Below are positions 63,184 to 64,000 of a stretch of DNA of 64,000 nt, in pieces. The notes beneath the pieces are model-generated. The model was not told where the DNA came from and did no database searches. It worked only from the letters and a program-made list of their open reading frames with translations. Each line of letters starts with the position of its first letter. The stretch's first letter is position 1. The stretch spans positions 1,056,001 through 1,120,000 of the forward strand of contig CBDCJO010000002.1 of the NCBI GenBank assembly GCA_965217865.1, given 5' to 3'. Source of the DNA: Candidatus Latescibacterota bacterium. GTDB taxonomy: Bacteria > Latescibacterota > UBA2968 > SICM01. The position numbers and the translations under genes are program-made.

Positions 63184-63777
63184 TCACGAGATACGCTTCA
63201 CGGCTTTTTGACCAATCGTCTCCGCAAGCGCAAAACAACAGGAACTCCTGGGCGTTCCCAGGGTTTTGCACCAGATATCCCGAAGGTAGGGTTCGCCTGG
63301 AATCCTTTTGTCGTTCAGCCGGACCACACCCCCATCCGTGAAAGTGAGCACAGTAAAGACGATGTCTGGATGGGCCGTCGGGGGTCCGACAAGCGGGGTC
63401 TGTAGGCCTTCCCATGAAGCTTTGATCCGATCCTTCCCCGCATGGATGTTCCATGCGGGGTTTCGCCTGATATCTCCCGTGCGGGTGAGAACCGCCTTCC
63501 GAATCGAAAGCTCTCGATCAAACGGACCGCCCCGCCCCCGGATCATCGTCTCGATCGTGAACTGGGCGAAATCCGGATTGTCCGTGTAGGCGCACGGCGG
63601 AGCGCCCCCTTCCGGAATGTCGACAAAGGCCACGCTGCCCTCGCCCGCTTCGCTGAATCGAGCGTGGTAGAGACTGACCGCGGCGCTGTCACGATCTTCC
63701 CCCTTCGGTCTCAGATAGTTGATCCAGTGTTCCCCACACCAGATGAGAGTCCCGGGTTTGTCCAGAGCCTGGGTCAT
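63184..63777 (-). CDS. Hypothetical protein
   Basis: ATGA-coupled to the upstream gene; 197-aa open frame. Confidence 0.7.
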   Translation of the reverse strand: MTQALDKPGTLIWCGEHWINYLRPKGEDRDSAAVSLYHARFSEAGEGSVAFVDIPEGGAPPCAYTDNPDFAQFTIETMIRGRGGPFDRELSIRKAVLTRTGDIRRNPAWNIHAGKDRIKASWEGLQTPLVGPPTAHPDIVFTVLTFTDGGVVRLNDKRIPGEPYLRDIWCKTLGTPRSSCCFALAETIGQKAVKRIS

Positions 63778-64000
63778 GCACCATCTTCCTTCTTGCTTAC
63801 GAATCTGAAAGCGTACAGATCCGCATCCTCCAGGATGAAACGCAACCGCACAGGCTTTCCAGCCATCGAGCTCAGGTCTGCACCGGAATTCCATCTCACT
63901 GGCAAATCGATCTGATCCTGGAAAAGCTCCTGACAATCCTCCAGGCCGAAGCCGGGAATCGGACTGCCGTTTTCGTCCTGCAGCTCTACGCGGGCCATCC
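63774..64000 (-). CDS. C-terminus of a hydrolase-like (beta-propeller-associated) protein, cut by the window edge
   Basis: RVELQDENGSPIPGF..EDC...VRW...GKPVRLRF.L.DADLYAF. Confidence 0.75.
   Translation of the reverse strand, partial: MARVELQDENGSPIPGFGLEDCQELFQDQIDLPVRWNSGADLSSMAGKPVRLRFILEDADLYAFRFVSKKEDGA

Noticed and set aside
1-64000. tRNA, rRNA, reverse transcriptase, retron or DGR
   Set aside because: None recognised; no RT motif among the ORFs.

Overview
The window has two very different halves. (1) About 1-32.3 kb is a patchwork of short, unrelated segments with abrupt composition changes. It holds in-frame chimeric ORFs (HerA/nitrilase, unknown/DUF2924, IS1595/Cas8e) and debris from IS3, IS256, IS630, IS1595, IS30, IS200 and probably IS110. 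It also holds a group II intron 5' piece, an integron-type cassette, an orphan CRISPR repeat, and RepA, integrase, Uma2 and toxin fragments. A few intact genes survive (SPFH, TonB-dependent receptor, ABC ATPase and permease, serpin, DPM1-like GT2, sensor-domain protein, a complete IS1182). (2) About 32.3-64 kb is coherent chromosome: two GH32 genes, a PcfJ protein, an MFS transporter, BNR/sialidase-like proteins, a ligD-ku-TPR/DUF433 NHEJ operon, an intact IS630, an RNase Z-like MBL protein, ggt, five PhyH-family dioxygenases with a class III aminotransferase, an amidase and a LecA-like membrane protein. Gene content suggests a Latescibacterota/Poribacteria-like host (inference). Several frameshifts fall in G homopolymers and look like long-read errors. 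The main leads are the shredded mosaic next to an NHEJ operon, a 229-bp IS200 mini-element whose guide sequences match its cleavage sites, and a PhyH paralog lacking the Fe-binding carboxylate. All family assignments are from motif recognition, not database searches.
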